Assembly: GCA_017499595.2 (NCBI GenBank)
Contig: CM038998.1
Coordinates: 1,054,001-1,118,000, forward strand
Origin: Psilocybe cubensis
Lineage: Eukaryota
Direction of reading: 5' to 3'
Length of the DNA stretch: 64,000 bases
Each line of letters opens with the position of its first letter. The first letter of the stretch is position 1. The position numbers and the translations under genes are program-made. Below the pieces are notes generated by a model. The model had not been told where the DNA came from, did no database searches, and was given only the letters and a program-made list of their open reading frames with translations. Of the stretch, positions 61,097 through 64,000 are shown piece after piece.

Positions 61097-62981
61097 ATGC
61101 TACTGGCGTGGAGAGTATTGGCCAGGCAAACACACCGTCTATTTATGAACATGACTCGTCATCTATATCTCGATGCTTCACCTCCTCCGTACAATGGAAC
61201 TAGAGATTTTATCGATCGAGAAGCTTTTAAGAAAACAATTTCAGTACTTGCAGCACGCGTTGTACCCGAGAGAGCGGGTGTCTTTCTCAAGGCCAAGGAA
61301 CTAAAGAGGTGCGCATTGCTACTTTCCTTTGCATTTCTTTGACCAAACAAGTTGTGACTTTATTTGGTTCCAGCTGTTTGATGGACCTTCCTAAAATTCG
61401 AACTGTTGTTCATGATTCCTCCAATCCAGATGGCGACCGTCTCGTTCTATTGAGAATGGCCAACAAGTGTACGTCAAACCCGACCTTGTAACAATAAATT
61501 TTCACCAATATTCTAACTGTTTATGCAAGGCAGCTGATATTCCTCCAGAGGCTAAAGAATACTTGGATAAAGAATCGAAGGGTCTTGTAGATTTTCAGAT
61601 TGACCTGAATTACAACTATTGGACAGCAGGTGCGCGTCTCTGTATGGTCATTGTCAACCAAACTGATGGCTTGTATTAGATGAATGCCTACGTGCCTTTC
61701 TCCCTGAAGAGCTGCGTGAAGGGGCACCCAGTGGTTTTGCATTGACAGGACACATTGGTGTGCAGGCTCTAAACATCGTTTTTCAACATTTTATAATTTT
61801 CCTTTAGCTCACGTCAACCTCAACGATGAATACCTTCCTTACAAACATATCATTGGACAATTAATTCTCGATGTCAGCTTTTATCAAATATTATTCTATG
61901 TGATTGCTAATTCAGGTGGTATCATATTTAGAAAAACAGCCAAGTGGAGACTGTTGTGAACAAGTTGGATTCCATCGATACCAAATTTCGTTTTTTCAAA
62001 ATGGAACTGCTTGCTGGCAAGCCAGAATACGTTGTAGAACATGTACGTGCATTCCGATTATAGCAAAATGTCTGATACAAAAACATTATTCTATAGCGTG
62101 AAGCTGACTGTAAATTTACATTCAATTTTGCGGAGGTCTACTGGAACTCGCGTCTTCATACAGAACATAAGCGACTGGTCGATTCATTCAAACCGGAAGA
62201 CATTGTAGCAGATGCATTCGCCGGAGTTGGACCATTTGCTGTCCCTGCAGCAAGGAAAGGTTGTGCCGTTCTTGCAAATGATCTGAATCCGAACAGCGCC
62301 AAATACTTGGATAAAAACGTGAAAGATAACCGGGTAATTTACGTGTTATTGAATGTTATCACCGTTTGCTGACGTTCGTCGTCATTGTCAACAGGTTACC
62401 GCCCTTGTGCGCGTTTCGTGTGAAGACGGTCGCGATTTCATCCGAAGAAGTGTCGCGTCAGCATATGACGATCCATTCCCAGCGTACACTGGACCGAAAA
62501 AAAGCAGAGTACAGGAGGAACGAGAACGCAAAATATTGCAAAAACTGGCTGCTGAAGGACACCCTCCTCCTCCAGCAACACCAACACCTCAACCTCGCCA
62601 AAAAATATCACATTTCGTGATGAATTTACCTGATTCTGCGCTCACGTTCTTGGACGCTTTCCGAGGATTATTAAATGATGATAAGGGTCGGAATTTGAGC
62701 GGTGTGTACGACGAAATGCCAATGGTGCATTGCCATTGCTTTACTCGCGAGCTCGACCCAGTGTTGGCCGAGAAGGATATTCGGCAGGTACGTCGAGGAA
62801 TGTCTGTTCCGTGTTCCGGGCCATCACTGATGCATTTGAAAATCAGCGAGCGGAAGAAAAACTGGGGTACCCCTTGCCTGCAGATACCATATTTCACCTT
62901 GTTCGTTCTGTGGCCCCTAACAAAGAGATGTATTGTATTAGTTTCCGACTTCCTCGCGAAGTAGCGTTTGCTTGTAGCTGA
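61097..62981 (+). CDS. TRM5: tRNA (guanine37-N1)-methyltransferase Trm5, multi-exon
   Basis: Motifs [112 protein letters not shown] and VRSVAPNKEMYCISFRLP. Confidence 0.96.
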
Positions 62982-63257
62982 ACGCTGGAATAAAATTTTC
63001 GTTCCGGAAGTGATATTCGGGATAATTACATAAGGGACAACTTTCGGCCGTTCATTCAGGGTTGGATAAGGACCCTAATCGGGCAAGCAGTAGCCGGCGT
63101 TAACCCCGCACAGGAAAAACTTTGCGAGCTGTCCGTTCAACGTTGTGTCCGCTCCTCTCTTTCTGCTCCACTCCCTCCATCCCTGCTGGCTCTCTAACGC
63201 CAGCCTAGATATACCCCTTCAAGTATTATATTATATCCTAGTGCCTCACCTCCAGCC

Positions 63258-64000
63258 ATGTCGCCCTGGACCCGCATACTTCCGACTGTCCACTGCGACT
63301 CGCCAGATGGCTCCTCTTCTATCACAAAGTCGGCTCTCCAGTCGGTGCGCACCGCGGTAGCTGTACCCGAGAGCGAGCTTAAGCGGTGGAGGCGTACTTT
63401 CGAGGCTAACGCGAAGGTTATCAATGGCGAAAAGTAAGTGGTAACATTCACTGTCACATGAACCTGACGGTGAGAGAGAGGCAATGGTTCTGGATTGCTG
63501 ACCTAGGCGTGTTCTTTTATTCCCATTTTTGTTAGGTTTTTGGACGCGGATGGATTCATCGACGCTATTGCACCTGCAGGGGATCTCTCAAAGATTGGTC
63601 GCGCACAGTTTGGCATTCTATTTCGCATCGCCGACACTTCCCGACGTGGCCTCATTTCCTGGGATGATTTCACGGTGTTCGAGACTCTCTTGAAGCGGCC
63701 CGATGCTGATTACTGGATGGCGTTCCAGTACTTCGATGTGTATGTCATCTTACTATCCAAATGTTCTACAAGTCAATGATGCCTCATAAAGTGATCATTC
63801 TGGGTATATCGACTATAATGAATTCAAGACTGTCTTTTCTGCCAACCTCGGACCGGACGCTATACCTTTTGATTTCGACTGGTGAGCCCATCCCTATGAT
63901 GTCGTTAATGGGCGCCAATTCACTCGGCTACACGACAGCGACTGGATCAAACTATACCTCGGGAAGAAGAATGGATCCCACGTGTTAGGATGTCCGTTTA
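63258..64000 (+). CDS. AGC1: Mitochondrial aspartate/glutamate carrier (aralar/citrin/Agc1-like) with N-terminal EF-hands; 5' part, runs off window end
   Basis: FIDAIAP..IGRAQFGILFRIADTSRRGLISWDDFTVFETLLKRPDADYWMAFQYFDVDHSGYIDYNEFK..IPFDFDCDWIKLYLG. The carrier domain itself is outside the window. Confidence 0.82.

Overview
Eukaryotic, intron-rich fungal genomic DNA, most consistent with an agaricomycete (mushroom-forming basidiomycete). Evidence: short GT-AG introns with CTAAC/CTGAC-type branch points and typical gene families. The left ~25 kb is gene-poor. It holds one Msn2/Seb1-type C2H2 transcription factor (7530-9661, minus), a microsatellite-dense stretch downstream of it, and ~15 kb upstream without an intact gene; part of that stretch looks like a decayed NACHT-WD40 (NLR-like) gene. 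The right ~39 kb is gene-dense: an intronless F-box gene, an ABCC/MRP transporter, a zinc-ribbon/RING-H2 E3 ligase, a secreted A1 aspartic protease, a DUF89/ARMT1-like phosphatase, a large coiled-coil protein, a Sro7/Lgl/tomosyn homolog, a SnoaL/NTF2-like protein, the Gos1 SNARE, a TatD/Scn1-like hydrolase, a frameshifted F-box-like pseudogene, TRM5, and the 5' part of an EF-hand mitochondrial aspartate/glutamate carrier. I found no rRNA, tRNA, CRISPR array or intact transposon. The best leads are a 52-aa MDTF...CAAX pheromone-precursor-like ORF, the NLR relic abutting the F-box gene, and a probable cell-cycle-regulated coiled-coil protein. All family assignments are by manual motif recognition, not database searches, and exon boundaries were read by eye.
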